In this document: positions 25,535 to 39,774 of the stretch, piece after piece
How the letters are laid out: every line of letters starts with the position of its first letter
Numbering within the stretch: position 1 is the first letter of the stretch
Source: Eledone cirrhosa
Taxonomy: Eukaryota
NCBI GenBank assembly: GCA_964016885.1
Contig: OZ024742.1
Coordinates: forward strand, 146,196,001-146,260,000
Direction: 5' to 3'
DNA: 64,000 bases
Program-made: the position numbers and the translations under genes
Notes under the pieces: model-generated
The model's input: only the letters and a program-made list of their open reading frames with translations
Told to the model about the DNA's origin: nothing
The model's database searches: none

Positions 25535-28500
25535 GTGTGTGTACCTGTCGGCATGCTTGTTTCTTGTTTGTCTGTTCTCTTCTCTTTACATTCTACATTA
25601 CAGGTGATATCTATCTATGTTCTGCATAAACAAAGATCCTGCTGCTCTGCAGTTACATGTACAAAGATCCATATTCCTTAAAAACAAGAGTGGCTTGGCT
25701 TTAGGAAGAGCATCTGACCATAGAATTCTGCTGCAAGAAGATCTCAGCTAACCCATTCCAGAATGGAAAACTTCCATAAAACTGAGGATGTTGATGGTAA
25801 TGATATAATGCTTTTTTTCTGGGTGGATATGATAAACAAACTAAACATGCACTAAATTAAAGACTCATATAATATATAGTTGATATAATTTGTAAAGTCA
25901 CATTTAATAAACAATATCAATAACTCATATGTATATATGTATATATAACATCATCATCATCATCATCATTTTATGTCTGCTCTTCCCTGCTTGCATATGT
26001 ACATATACACACAAACCCCACACAGACAAAACAGATATACGACCCCACTATTCCATACACAGGCACACATACGTACATATATACACTTAAAAGGAGACAG
26101 ATCGATTTTTTTCACACCTTTCCTATAAAGCTAAAATTGACAAGCTGTCAAAAATTAATTCTAAATAAATAATTTAAAGTATAGAAATATGCAGGCAATA
26201 AAAATCACTTAAGAATTGAACATTTGGGAGAAATAAATTCTTCCAATATTTCTGCTTCCAATAGAACTGAAACATTGGAAACAAGCATCATCATCATCAT
26301 TTTACATCTCTTTTCTATGCTGCCATGAGTTAGATGGTTTGGCATAGTCTCAGTCTAAACAGTTCAGGGAAACTGCATCTGGTTTGTATTTATTTATTTG
26401 CATTCCAGCCGAGGGGCTAAGGCCATACTGGAGCCCTGCTACCAAAAAATACTAAGGTCTCACCATCTTTGGCATCGTTTCTAATGCCAACCCCTTTACA
26501 GAGTGTATTGAGTGCATTTTATCACAGCACTAACACTACCACCTTATAGGGTGTACTGAATACATTTTACCATGACATTAAATTGTAAATGACAGTGTGT
26601 CTTTTGCATCAGTTCCAGCTTAATAATTGTTCTAGCTGAAATATTGTAGTAACAAAATTATTCTTTAACATTGCATCGTAAAATGGGTATTGTTTCATTG
26701 TTTTTATAAATTATGATCCTGATTTATATATTGAAATGACAAGGCTTCCAATAAATAACAATATATTAATCTAAAGCTTTAATATATTTTACAATATAAC
26801 AGTATTTGTACTTAATGACTTTATCCACCATCTATTTAAATGCCATCGTCAAAACCACCCTATCACCATCACCACCATCCCCACTTGCAGTTCTCATTGT
26901 TGCAAGCATTCAGAGAATATGAAGTTGAATCTACATGTTGATGTGCTGCTTTCTACTATATCTTTTGTGTCTTGTCACTGTTCATACTACATGAAACCAC
27001 ATTAGCAAGACATTCTTGAGAAGTACAAAACAGCACTATAGCTGCATTACATTAAAAAGTAAAGTCTCTACTTTAATTTACTACAAATTTTCCCAAGGAT
27101 CTGTCTGCTAGGAAAAATACTATGAACATTTCAATTAACAAAACCATTTAAAAATATTTCTGCTGAATCATTACAGTTAAGGGTTAACACAGGTGGAAGT
27201 GGTTCTCCAGCAGAGGTCTGCTACCAGATACAACTGGAGCTTGATTTTATGAATAACACCCCAGAAAGGCTACCTTACTAATTAACCCACATACAATCCA
27301 TACATAGAGAATGATGTTGTTAGTTAGCTGCAAGCCAGGAGTTGTGGTTTCTTTCTCCCTTTCTCCCATGTATTGAAGATTTCTCGTTATGTTTGTGATA
27401 CATTAGGGACTGAAATGTAGTTAATTAAAATGGCACTTTGCATTTATGGCTGTGTGATTAAAGAGTTAAATTCCCAATCAAGAGTTCAATTCCCTTCTGT
27501 GCAGCACCCTGGGCAAGTGTCTTCTACTAAAGCCTCGGCCTGACCAATATCTTGTGAGTGGAATTTGGTCGATGGAAATTGCAGAAGCCCATCATACATA
27601 TGCAGGGCTTTTTCTCCAAAAACAATTTTTCTGTAACTTCCTCATTCTATCTTTAGATGAAGGACTAGCATCTGAAACATTAACATTCTTTTCCTACTAT
27701 ATCAAGCATGAAACTAATATATATCATTATTGTACTGAATTGTTTGCTTTGTTGATTTCCATTTACTTTTAACATACACATACATATATATACATATATA
27801 TGTGTGTGCATACGTGTGGGTATAAATGTGTGTTTCCATCTGCCTGTGCTTTTATCAGGTAACTTAGCTTTTTGACAAAAAAGAGACATCAACTAAATAA
27901 GTACTAGACTTGAAAATATGTACAGTAAGTACTGAGGTCAATATGATTGAGTAACTTAAGGCAGTGCTCCAGCATAGCCTAACAAAAAAAAAAAGAATAA
28001 AATGACATTCTAACACCAAACACACTAGAGCCTACATCATTATTTTTCTGACCACTGTACAAGAGCTGGTTTCCCACTCAAACACACAAGTTTCAATTGA
28101 CATTCCCTCATCATGTCAATCAGCTATTGACTCTACTTTATCAACAGATCTTCCAGTATCATTACAATTTGATGCAAAAGCCATTCATTCTAGATGTACA
28201 GGCCTCAACGGAAGTGCCTCTATTATCACTTTTCGAAGAAATTAATGAATTTGATTGATGCTATAGTAATGAGCATTGTAAACTGATAGTATTGTTAAGG
28301 ATGATATCAATTAGAATTGTTGATAATAGTATTCATACATGCAGCACATCCCAGAGTGGCAGGGTCAGTCTGCACACCCTAGAGACACAATACAAGGTTA
28401 TTGATTACTAGTTGTCACAGTGAAGGTACCAATATACAGTGTTTTTAGCAGTGGTAGTCATAACAAGCATAGTAACAATGGGCAGCTGACCAGCTATCAT

Positions 28501-28825
28501 ATAAAAACTATCATCTCAGATATAACAACCCAAATACTACCATAGAGAACAGTCACAAACTCAACAATCATACCTTCAGCTAATAGAGTTTGTATTCTGC
28601 TTCATAATGTATTTGGTAGTTTCTGGTGGGAACATTTTATTCTTATATCAAAATAAAAATACTTATTATATTTCAGTTTGAGTCCTGTGCTTCTCAGTAT
28701 TTTCTTTATCAACTCCCATTGTTTTCAATTTTGTCCGATATTTAGCCATGTAGAGGCATTTATTAATTGCATTTTATATTAAGATTTTAGTTTAATTTAA
28801 ACTGTTTATGCTGTGTCTCCAGTGG

Positions 28826-29080
28826 ATGCACATGGCCTAATGGTAAGGAGGCTGGACTTACAATCATAATATGGTAGTTTTGATTCTGGGATTGGGTTAT
28901 GTGTTGTATTCTTAAGCAAAACACTTCATTTCCTGTTGTTGCTCCAGTATACTCAGCTGAAAATGAGTATTGGCAATAGATGGGGATTTAGCCCTGCAAT
29001 GGACAGGCATCTCAATCACTTCATGCCACAGAAACCGGGATGAACATCAGTCTGATAAACCTTCAAGCTTGAGACAGACT
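28826..29080 (+). mobile_element. Degenerate tRNA-derived SINE
   Basis: Same head and cttaagcaaaacacttcatttc core as 8341. Confidence 0.6.
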
Positions 29081-29099
29081 TTAGACTTTAGATGTCTCT

Positions 29100-29900
29100 T
29101 CACAATTCTAGTTTTATTTGTTGGCTTTCTTGAAGGCAGGTATTTTTTGTAGGGATTTATTCTAGTTTCTTTTAATTCATTACTACATGTTTGTGTTTGA
29201 GCAAGAGATATTTTTCAGGTTACAGAGAACTCCTACCTCTCTGTATCCTATGTCAAATGTTTTTTATGAAAAAGGTGTGTTCTAAATACAGTCATAACTT
29301 TTCATGTTTTATTGTCTAGTTTTGCTAATTTGCTTGTTGTTCGTTTGAGAATATTTTAATTATACAGTATTACTGTAACAGCTTTTTATCCCAATTACAT
29401 TATTTTTGGCATCTAATTCTGTTTTGAGCATAAATCTTTTTATTCATGTGTAATATTCTGCTTAGATCATATATTCCTAATTATTTGTAAGTATTTGGAA
29501 GTGTCTAATTCTCTTCTCTATGTTTCTTTAGGTAACATGGTAACATGGTAACATGGTTGTGGTTTTTATTAATTTTCTTTTCTTCCAGGTAAGCTTGGTG
29601 CACTTTTCTAAATTGAATTTCATATCAATTTTATTTTACTGAATCTGTGTACTGTCTGTAGCAGTGTTTCCACTTGTTATTATTTCTATTGTAAGTACTA
29701 GTTTATTTCTGGCAACGCTGAATTTTGCATGTTCTAGTTTTCACACATTTTTTGCATCAAATTAAAAACACTCATTCTCCTTTTAACGTCGGGTTAAAGG
29801 CTACACTTTCTATTTGTATTGTTTATCATTTCTTTGTGTGGATGGATTAAATTAGTCTGCTATTGATATTAGCCATACTTTGTTAGTTTGTTTCCATGAG
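29100..29900 (-). mobile_element. Old degenerate R4/Dong-like RT remnant
   Basis: Reverse complement gives DMKFNLEKCT and RELDTSKYL, matching DIKMEFGLDKCAK and RELDQEKTYKYL of the younger copies. Confidence 0.45.
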
Positions 29901-30424
29901 ATATCAACATTTGTAGTAAATTAATTACAAAAATATATCAATTATAACAATAAATTAATTACAATGATAAATTAATTTCAATAATGAATTAATTACAAAA
30001 ATAAATTAATTATATGAGGTAAAGATCAATAAATTCTACAAGTAACTAACTGACACAGTTAAATCCATTGACATTTGATTGATGTTAAAGGATGTCTTCC
30101 ATGACAATAATATAGTACTGTAATATATTAAGTATTTCTGGACATCTTGATTATGAAGTAAACTTTTTAACCACTCAGCCGTGCCTGTGTATGACTGGTT
30201 TAACAAGGTTGTTGTTGGACTAACTATATTATATATTTCTCAATTATTATTGTGATAAGGTGTGATTTGAGGAAAATTTAGCTGCTATTTGCAGCCAGGT
30301 GATCTTCTTACTTGATGTTACTGTTGTTCTTTCTCTTAGCATCTATATCAATGTTATAGACTATATTTAATTTCATTTCCACTCTCCCTATAAAAGGAGT
30401 TGGCCATTCCAATCATGAGTCCAT

Positions 30425-30478
<54 letters not shown>

Positions 30479-30495
30479 AACTACTACTACTACTG

Positions 30496-30860
30496 TCATT
30501 TGGGTAATCTAATCTCAGGGAGAAAACCCACACAAAGCCCCAGATTACTCTGAAAACTCATTGCCATTGAAAGTGTCCACACCCAGTTTCCTTCAATGGT
30601 TCAGTTGTGTCAATCTCATTGCATAAAACAGTCTAGAAGACAACACGTCCTCTAGCCTCGCCTTCCTCTTCCAGTTCCACTTGAAGAAGTTGATGAGTAC
30701 TTGGTTGGAGAGGAAAGTTCTTGTCCTCAATCCATTTAAATGAGTCCACCATACAGCTTCTTTCACCATAACTACCAGACAGCAGAACACTTGCCATGCT
30801 TCTTTTCTAAAAGTAGGTGGCAGTTCAATCTTTACTATAGGCTCAGCTGATATCTAGTCT
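30496..30860 (-). mobile_element. Diverged Tx1-like 3-prime fragment abutting an (ACT)n tract
   Basis: CCLVVMVKEAVWWTHLNGL..LINFFK.NWKRK.R.E aligns with the ORF2 C-terminus at 33045-33230. (ACT)n lies at 30424-30495. Confidence 0.75.
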
Positions 30861-30918
30861 ATAGTACAGACACTGGTGAATAACAAAATAATAGTAATAA
30901 TAATAATAATAATAATAA

Positions 30919-32702
30919 TCACCGCTTTTATTCTGCATCGCACTTATACCATTAAGTAAAATGCTCAATGAAACAAAACATGGATATAAAGTCTATGACA
31001 AAACCATTAATCACTTATTCTACATGGATGACCTGAAACTATTTGCAAAAAATTATGAACAATTGCAAGGGCTATTATCCACTGTGGAGCAGTTCAGTGA
31101 TGACATTAAAATGGAGTTTGGACTAGATAAATGCACCAAAGCAACGTTCACCAGAGGAAAGCTGCTGAAAAGTTCAGACATTAATCTTGATCGGGGGAAC
31201 GTGATAAGAGAACTTTATCAAGAGGAAACTTACAAATATCTAGGTGTTTGTGAAGGAGACGGAATCAAGCACTCGACAATGAGGGAAAGGATAAGGAAGG
31301 AATGTTACCGCAGAGTAAGAGCAATCTTAAGAACGGAATTGAATGCAAGGAATAGGATCGATGCCATAAACACGCTTGCCATACCAGTAGTAACCTACAG
31401 TTACAATGTCATCAACTGGTCCGTAGGCTCGATACAAAAATTCGAAAATTCTTAACCATGCACAGAATGCATCACCCTGAGGCAGATACAGATAGAATAT
31501 ATCTCCTTAGGAAAGAAGGAGGATGTGGGTTAATCCAGTTAGACATTGCGTTGAAAACTGCAACAATTGGATTATCTACATATCTAAGGGTATCACATGA
31601 TTGGATGATCAAACTCGTTTTGAAACACGAAAGCATCAAAAGATCATATTCCATTACAAAAGATGCACAAAGATACAGTAATGGACTACAAATTTCAGAA
31701 GTCCCATTTACTGTTGAAATGGAAAATACAGAAAAAGCAAAGCAGGTAAAAGTAACTGCAAAGAAAGAACTGCTACAGAAACTGGCTAAGCAATGGCAAG
31801 AAAAGCCTCTGTATGGAAAATACCCAGAGCGAGCTAACAATTCTGATGTTGACAAAACTTTAGCCCATCAGTGGTTGGCATCCTCTGGACTGAAATCGGA
31901 AACTGAAGGACTGATTATATCAGCACAAGATCAGTGTCTGCCAACAAAAAATTACCAAGCCAACATAATAAAAAATGGATGCAGCCCATTATGCCGTGTA
32001 TGCAAAAAACAACCAGAGACCATTGACCATATAATTTCAATGTGCAGTCCTATAGCTCCAACCGAATACCTAAACAGGCATGACAGAGCTGCACAATACA
32101 TACATTGGATAATGTGTAAGCATTTTGACCTGCCCCATCAAAAGAATTGGTGGGAGCATCAACCACCTCCCATACTTGAAAAAGATCACATCTCAATCTT
32201 GTGGAACTTTAGCATCCAAACAGACCGAAAAATAGATGCAAATAGACCTGATATAATATTGAACGACTTTAAAAAGAGGGTATGCCTGCTAATTGATATG
32301 TCCGTTCCAATAGACAAGAATGTATCTATAAAAACATTTGAAAAATTGAGCAAGTATAAGGACCTGGAGATAGAAATTGGAAAAATGTGGAAATTGAGAA
32401 CTAAAACAATACCAGTGGTTGTAGGCGCTCTAGGAATGATACCTAAGGGGTTTAATGATTACTTATTGCAAATCCCAGGAAACCCGCATATAGGAGAAAT
32501 ACAAAAGATAGTACTAATGGGAACTGCCCATATACTAAGGAAGATTCTGTCAATATAAGTACATTACAAGTCTAAACACCTAAAGATGCATGTGTGAGTA
32601 TGTATGTTCTTTCTTGAACATGGTGGACCTTGTTGTCTCTTGAGGTCACTGGTTGTGACTTGGTGATAACTCGTATGAACATAAAGCAAGATAAATGCAG
32701 CT

Positions 32703-32704
<2 letters not shown>
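30919..32704 (+). mobile_element. R4/Dong-type RLE non-LTR retrotransposon, 5-prime truncated (copy A)
   Basis: HLFYMDDLKLFA, CRVC..ETIDHIISMC, RHD, RPDIIL, IDMSVP..EKLSKY. Flanked by (AAT)n on both sides. Confidence 0.9.
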
Positions 32705-32738
<34 letters not shown>

Positions 32739-33044
32739 TTTTCTTTATTAACCACAAGGGTTTACATAAAGTAGACATTAAGGACAGTGCAGGACAATAC
32801 AGGACGGTACAAATGGGCATTTCTGCGTGTAAAAAACAAAAACAGAGGATGTAACAAAAAATAACAATGAAAAATTCCCTAATAGGGGGGAGACTTCGGA
32901 GGGACATTTGTGGAGAAAGCCCAGTAAAAGGCCACAGTGACCCTGACCACCAGGGCAAGTGCCCTCTCCCAGTTTTCCACCTTTAATTTACAGACACATA
33001 CTCAGAGTAGGCCCATTCACTCGGACCATTCTTGCTTCTCTCAC

Positions 33045-36000
33045 TCATCTTTCAACAAAATGTTGGGAAGAGAGCACTTCCCTTTCTACCCTGATTTTCC
33101 TTTTTAAATGAAATTTGAAAAAGTTAATCAGGGCATCACCGAAGAGGTAAGTGCTCGTCTTCAGCCCTTTCAAACGTGTCCACCATACTATCTCTTTCGC
33201 CATGGCCACGCGACAGATAAAAACTGCCTGCCCTTCCCGGCTAAAGGAAGAGGGCGGGGCAATCCTCACGAAGGACTCAGCTGATAGCTGGATCCGTCCC
33301 ACACGCGACAGCAGGTGTTCGACATAAACCCACAAGTCAGCAATGCTCGGACACTGGACGAGTGCGTGTAGGACGGTTTCGTCGCCCTGCGCGCATCTCG
33401 GACATGCCCGGCTGACGGCACCTCCATGCCTGTAGAGTTTATCCCGAACTGGCAAATCTCCTCGGTAGCACTGCCAGGCCAGGGATTTCTGGAAGTTGTC
33501 CATAGGCCCCGGCCCGAAAAATCTTCCGATGAGATTGGCTAGTTGATTTTCGTCGACGCCTAGACTTTCCCCAAGTACGTCGTCGCTATTCCCCTCCACT
33601 AATCCTCTATAGAACGCCAATGTGGAGTTTCCACCGATCACATTGCCCGATTGGTCGAGGGCTGTGAGCGCGTGAACACATTCCAGTCTCCAAGCGCTCC
33701 CTCTCGGTCTTCGCTTGACCCAGGACTGTAGCTCCGTCAAGGAGACGAGCTGGGGAAAGACGCGTCTAGCAAACGGAGACCACACCTGATCACCGTCGAG
33801 GAAGAGGTGGAGATGTCGTAGCCTGAGCGCGTGTCTGCGCATCATCAGCCACAGCATTCCCAGCCCTCCACGTAGCGGGTGTTGACAGCAGATGGACCGC
33901 TTGACCATCGGAGCGCGTCCCTTCCACAAAAAGCGAAAGAGCAAACGCTCCAGCGTAGTCAGGCGGGGCTTAGGACAAGGTACGACGGTCAGGCGGTAGT
34001 AGATGACGGACGCGATATACGCGTTAGCCACCTCCACTCGACCTTTCAGGGATAGCTTCCTCTCGGCCCATTTCTGGGTGAGAGAAGCCACCCTGCCTGT
34101 CACCTCGTCCCAGTTTTTGTCCGTCTGGAGATCCGGACCGAACCAGACCCCGAGCAATTTAACTGGTTCGTCCGTCCAGCGCCCGAAGACACTGTTGGAC
34201 GGCATGGACCTGCCTCTCCAGGTGCCGAGCTGCAGGCCCACTGACTTTTCTTGGTTGATCATTGCTCCTGTCACCGCTTCGTATTCTTTTAGTGTAGTGC
34301 CGATCGCCTCGATGTGTTTGGCGTTCGACACCACTACGGTGACATCGTCCGCATATGCTGACACGGATCTTCCGCACCCTATTTCGCGCGGGACCCCCTC
34401 AACGTCTCTAGTTTGTGCAGTAATGGCTCGAGAGTCAATACGTACAAGAGGGACGAGAGGGGACATCCTTGGCGGACCGAGTGCATGATGTTGAACGGTT
34501 CCGAAAGGTGGCCGTTCACTCTCACCACAGAGCAGATGTCGCTGTGCATGGCAGCGATCCAACCTCTGAAGACGGGCCCAAAGCCAGCCGCCCTCAGGAC
34601 TGCCGCTAGGTAACGATGGTCGACCCTATCGAAAGCTTTCAACTGATCTAAATTGATCAAGGACCCACCCGTGCCAGGTTCCCTAGCTACCCTATCTACG
34701 ATGTATCGCATGAGGTGGAGGTTGTCGTGGATGGATCTGTCGGGAATGGCGCACGTCTGCGCCTCTCCCACCAGACCACCAACGACAAGCGCCAACCTCT
34801 TTGCTAGCACCTTGGCCAAAATCTTGAACTCTGTGTTTAGCAGAGTTATGGGCCTAAAATTATCTATGTTATCCCCCTTGTTCGGATCCTTTCTCAGAAG
34901 CGCCACAGCTCCTCGGCTCACAGAGCTAGGAATTCTCCCGTTCTGTTGCCAGTTGCAGTAGACGTCCGCCAAGAGGCCTCCGAAAAAGTCTGGCATCTGT
35001 ACGTAAAGTTCATAGGGCAGACCATCCAAACCAGGCGATTTACCCCTTGTGCAGCTAGTCATTGCCTCCCGTACTTCAGCGGCTGTTATCGGCTTTTCGC
35101 AACACTCCGCCCCAGTGGCCGAGAGCCGCGGCAGTCCGTCGAGGTAGACACTAAAGTCCATCCCTCGATCCGGCCCGCCGCTGCCCCCGAACAACTGAGC
35201 GAAGTGTCGCTGAAAAGCTTCACACATTTGCCCGGGATCGAGTAGCATGCGCCCGTCGTGGTCCACCAAAGACCGGATCGTGGCTTTGTTGCCACGACGC
35301 GCCTCCGCAACTCGGGCCCATTGAACGGCTTTCGTTCCCTCGTGTCTGAGAGCACGCACCCTAGCTCTGACAACGCAGCCTTCGTGCTTTGCATTGAAGA
35401 ATTGGTCAAGGGCCAATTTCGCCGCAAGTACGTCGGTCGCGATGCCTTTGCTAAGCGCCTCGTCTAATTTTCTAACTAATTCTCCCTCTGCTCTATGTTT
35501 CTCTATTGCTAAAGCCTTACTAAACCTAATGGACTCTATTCTAATTGCTCTTTTCAGAGCAAACCACCACTTGTTGTTGACGATGGTCCTCGTCAACGCC
35601 CGCTTAACTAGTTCGCTAATCCGGTCTCTGTAGGCCTTGCGCGCTGGTAAGGACGCGTTTAGCTTCCAGTAGCCGGGTCCTCGTCTATGAAGCCTATCTA
35701 AGTCAAGCACATAGATCACGAATTTGTGGTCCGTGTAGCTGACTATCTTGAATTGTGGACAGCCTATGCTAGACCTATCTATTTCTCTACAAAATACTCT
35801 ATCTAGATATGATCTAGATGACACTATGCGATTTGTCCAAGTCCACATTGGCACATTCGGGAAATCCAATCGGTACCTGTCAGACAGTTCAAAACGCTTG
35901 AGCAGGTTGGTGAGGCTCTTGCACCCTCCTCCCCTATCCGCTAATCCCACACAGTCCCAGCGTGCATCTAAGATGCCGTTCCAGTCGCCCACTAACACTA

Positions 36001-36406
36001 AAGAGCGGGACGTTCCAAGAAAGGTCTCCAGACGCCGGAAGAAATCAGGCCGCCCTGCTCCTGTCGGGGCATAGACGGCCACTAGCCTGAAAGCTTGCCC
36101 GTCTCCGCTGGTCACGTCTAGCACCACCAACTTACCTTCTGGGTCCAAGAAGATGGCCCGTATGGCGAAATCCAAACCTCTCCGAAAAAGCACAGCAACT
36201 CCTCCCCCCGATCCCGGACTGCTGGGAGATGCGTACACATCGTAGCCGCCGAAGATCGGTGCGAAGGCCCGTGCTTCGGAGATTCTGGTCTCGCTGATGG
36301 CCACTACATCTATGTTTAGTGACCTGAGGTCGTTGAGCAGGTGGCCCTGCTTCCATGACGACCCCAAGCCACGCGCATTTATGCTGCCTATTCTGAGTGA
36401 GGTCAT
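33045..36406 (-). pseudogene. Tx1-like ORF2 (APE endonuclease, RT, zinc finger) with one frameshift near 34400
   Basis: GSINARGL, SETR, AVYAP, GDWN, YLDRVF, TDHK, WKLN, KSPGLDGLP, NFRPITLLN, DQLKAFDRVDH, VRQGCPLS, SAYADD, CPRC..ETVLHALVQC. Confidence 0.9.
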
Positions 36407-36440
36407 GTTGAAATGGAGTGGAAAAGATGGGAAAGACCAC

Positions 36441-38108
36441 TTACCTTACTTCTCGTAGAGGAAGGATGGTTTGTCCATCCTTTTCACTGCTTGTGGCCTC
36501 CTCCGGAAGGATGTCCTTATAAATCCTCCTGGAGAGTGTTTGTCGGAAGTCTCCTATGTCTTTGGGGAATTTTTGTTTTAGTGTCGTGTACGTTTTCTGT
36601 GTGATGCGAGTGATTTGTATGTGTGGAGGTGGTGTGAACTTTTGGGTTGTTGTGTAGTCTTTTTCTGTGATGCTGGTGTTGTGTTGCATGTAGTGTAGTA
36701 ATTGGTTGTTGTTCAAATTTAATGCTGTGTAGTGTGTATCGTTTTGGTTGTTTTGTTTTGTTTGCGTTTGTTGTGGGTTTGTTTCTGTTACGCTTTTTGG
36801 TGACTTTTGTGGTGTTGGTGATGGTGGTGTTGGAGTTAATGATGGTGATGGTGTTGGTGTTTGTGGTGATGGGGTTGGTGATGCTGGTGTAGATGGTGGC
36901 ATATCTGTCTTAACTTTCTTGTTCGATAATTTATTTGTTTCTCTCTGTATTTTGTTTTTTGAGGGAAAAGGAAGAGAATTTTTTTCTTTTTTGGTTTCTT
37001 TTTTTTTCTTTTTTCTTGATACCGTTTCCCACTCCTCGTCGTCACAATCTGTCTCCAGTTGCGATAAGCTGGGGAGTGGAAAATCCTCCACAGGCGTTGG
37101 TTTTGGTTGTGGTGTGGTGGATGGTGTAGGCGCTGGTGCTAGTTCTGGGGCGTTGGGTGGTGGTGGTGTTGGTTTTTCTACTGTTGCTGGGGTTGTTGCT
37201 GTTACAGTTGCTTCTGTTGTTGCTGCTACAGTTGTTGCTGCTATTTCTGCTGCTGGTGGTGTTGATGGTTGAGTCACTGGGGTGAGTAAGAGAGGTGGCC
37301 TCAACCTTTTAGCCTGAGGGAAGAAAGCCCTTAGGTGGGTTCCTTCACCACAAACGACACACCTAGGTCTTCTGCTCTCGACGATTACGGTGAGGTGGCT
37401 GTCGTCAGTGATGTCTATTACCTCTGGGATATCCTCAATGCTTTTATGGTCCGCTTGGATCAGGAGCTCCATCCCAGATCCGGACCAGTTCTCCTGATTT
37501 TCTTTCGCGATTTCGATTATCTTGGTGTTGGCTTCGATGCCGGCGAGGACGGCAGCTATTAGCTAGGGAATTTCGATGGCCGGTGGAACGTGGGTAACCC
37601 TGATCTTTACGAGTCTCTGGCCACAATAGCTTGGGATGAGTGTGAAGTCGTCAATTCTTAATGGGGCCATGGAGTGTTCTCTAGCCTCCTGTGGTGTTTC
37701 AAAGAACACGTCCACGGTTCCATATTTCTGCCCACGTCTGATGTGGGTTTTTTTTGCCCACATATGTCCCGAAGCTTTTTGGATTTGGGACTCGGATGCC
37801 CGTTCCACTCGGCGCAATTTTATATTAATTGTTCGATAAGACACGGTGCATAGGCGCCGATGCTCCATTTTATTAGCGGGGGCGAGGCTGACCCTGTACC
37901 CATCTTTCTTTACCATTTTTTTGGCTTCTTCTAATTCCTCCTGAGTTACCTGAAATTCTTCGCACTGTTTTGCTACTCTGGCAAAACTCAGGTTGGTTTT
38001 CTTAATTTCATTGTTGCTGTTGTTGTTATCGTTATTTTTGTTATTATTAATTTTAGTTTCAGTTGTGGTGGTGGTGGCGTCAGTGGTGTTCGGTGTGGAA
38101 GAGTTCAT
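36441..38108 (-). pseudogene. Tx1-like ORF1 with a single in-frame TAG at 37563-37565
   Basis: Reading through the TAG joins 37563..38108 and 36441..37472 in frame (IEIP*LIAAVLAGIEAN...WSGSGMELL). Degenerate zinc knuckle CVVCGEGTH and Pro/Thr-rich tail. Confidence 0.8.
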
Positions 38109-38651
38109 TTTGGTTGAATTCCTTTCGATATCACGAGTTAATTTATTTTTTTCTTTTGTTTCTATCGTCGCGGTGGTGGTAGTTGGGGGGGGGGGGTTGT
38201 CGCGGCGGTGGTGGTGGTGTCGGCTTTAACACCTGCAGTCATTGGTAATGGCGGGAAATGAATATCTGCCTGAGACAAATTTAAAATATTGCTACTGCTT
38301 ATATTTTTAGTGTTGGCAAACGTAGTAATATTTACAATGGTAGTGTCGGTGTGAGGAAGGCTGTCAGCTTCGTGTGGCGGTGAGTCGTCCATGTTTTTTT
38401 CAAAGAAAGTTTTTTTTTAATAATTATAAAAGTTTAAATTTTGGGCTCAAGGCCCCAATCTTTTTGAGTGTCCTTTTCGGAAAACAATGTATGTGCACTT
38501 ATATACAATTAACAATAAAAATGTTCCATAAATGGCAATTTTAAACAAACGAAAACAACAAACCTTTGCGGAGCTCACGATGATACGATTTACTACGTAG
38601 GTCGCCAATAATAATAATATTAATAATAATAATAATTATAATAATAATAAT

Positions 38652-38689
<38 letters not shown>

Positions 38690-39774
38690 GGGAAGAAGAC
38701 GCACGCGGTGGTAGAAGGTCATGAAATCGCTCCCGTAAGATTTTGATTTTTAACATATTTAAATCAATTGTGAAATAACAATTCTTAGTACAAATAATGC
38801 ATAAACCACCGAATCAAGTCTCATAAAATTTCGGATCCATAATATATTGTTATATCGCTCAAATATTCAATTTTGTATTATATATTTTATATTCAAAAAA
38901 GAAAATGGTTATAAATGGAAGAAAACTCCCTCTGTCTACACTATATAGAACAGCCAAATAACAGCAATTTCACCAACACCAGAAACTTGATACACCACCT
39001 ACCCCATCACCCCGCTCTGTACACTAAATATAAAAGCCAGATAACGGCAATTTCACCACCACCACCACCACCAATCCCAGCATCATAATAATAATTACTA
39101 TTATTATTGTCTCAAGTTTTAACAAAATGTTTAATTCCAATTTTACGGGAATATCTCAACACATATATTAAACATGCGCGACACAAACACATAGATACTA
39201 CAGATCAAACAAAACTAGTCTATTCAACACAGATATTAAACATACATGACACAAACGCATAGATACTACATATAAAAAAAAAACTAGTCCACTCAACAAA
39301 ACTCAGTAACGACAACGCCACCGCCGCCACCACTCCATCCATCATTGCTACCACTACCCCATCACCGCCGCCACCACTCCTTCATTGCTACCACCACTAT
39401 TCCCCTGTTAACTTAAGAAAAGGGAAGGTGGCGGTATCACTAGACAAGGGAGAGGCTAGCAAAAGATATAAATAGATTGACTTAGTGACCTGGCCACCGG
39501 CCAAACGTCAACAACTATGGCACTGCTGGCTCCCCCCTTCCTCACCAACAATATAAAAAGCCCCAGCACCACCACCGACATAGCCAACAACAATAACAGG
39601 CAACTTCAGCAAAAAGTATATTATATTATTGTAATGCACTGGGTGATTGCTGGCCTTGTGCCTGGAGTGGAGACAATTATTATTATTAATAATTTCATTC
39701 TTAAGCCACGCAATGCTCACATTAAGGAACCACTCATGATAATAACAATTTAAAAAAACAACAAAAAAGAAAAC

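Larger units (their letters stand above)
32737..38606 (-). mobile_element. Near-full-length Tx1/L1-clade non-LTR retrotransposon
   Basis: ORF1 plus APE-RT-zinc finger ORF2; 3-prime AATAAA then (ATT)n tail; (AAT)n also at the 5-prime flank (38607-38688). GC-rich relative to the surroundings. Confidence 0.92.

Noticed and set aside
34003-37272. Plus-strand ORFs overlapping the Tx1 element
   Set aside because: They are antisense shadows of GC-rich coding sequence, with no motifs.
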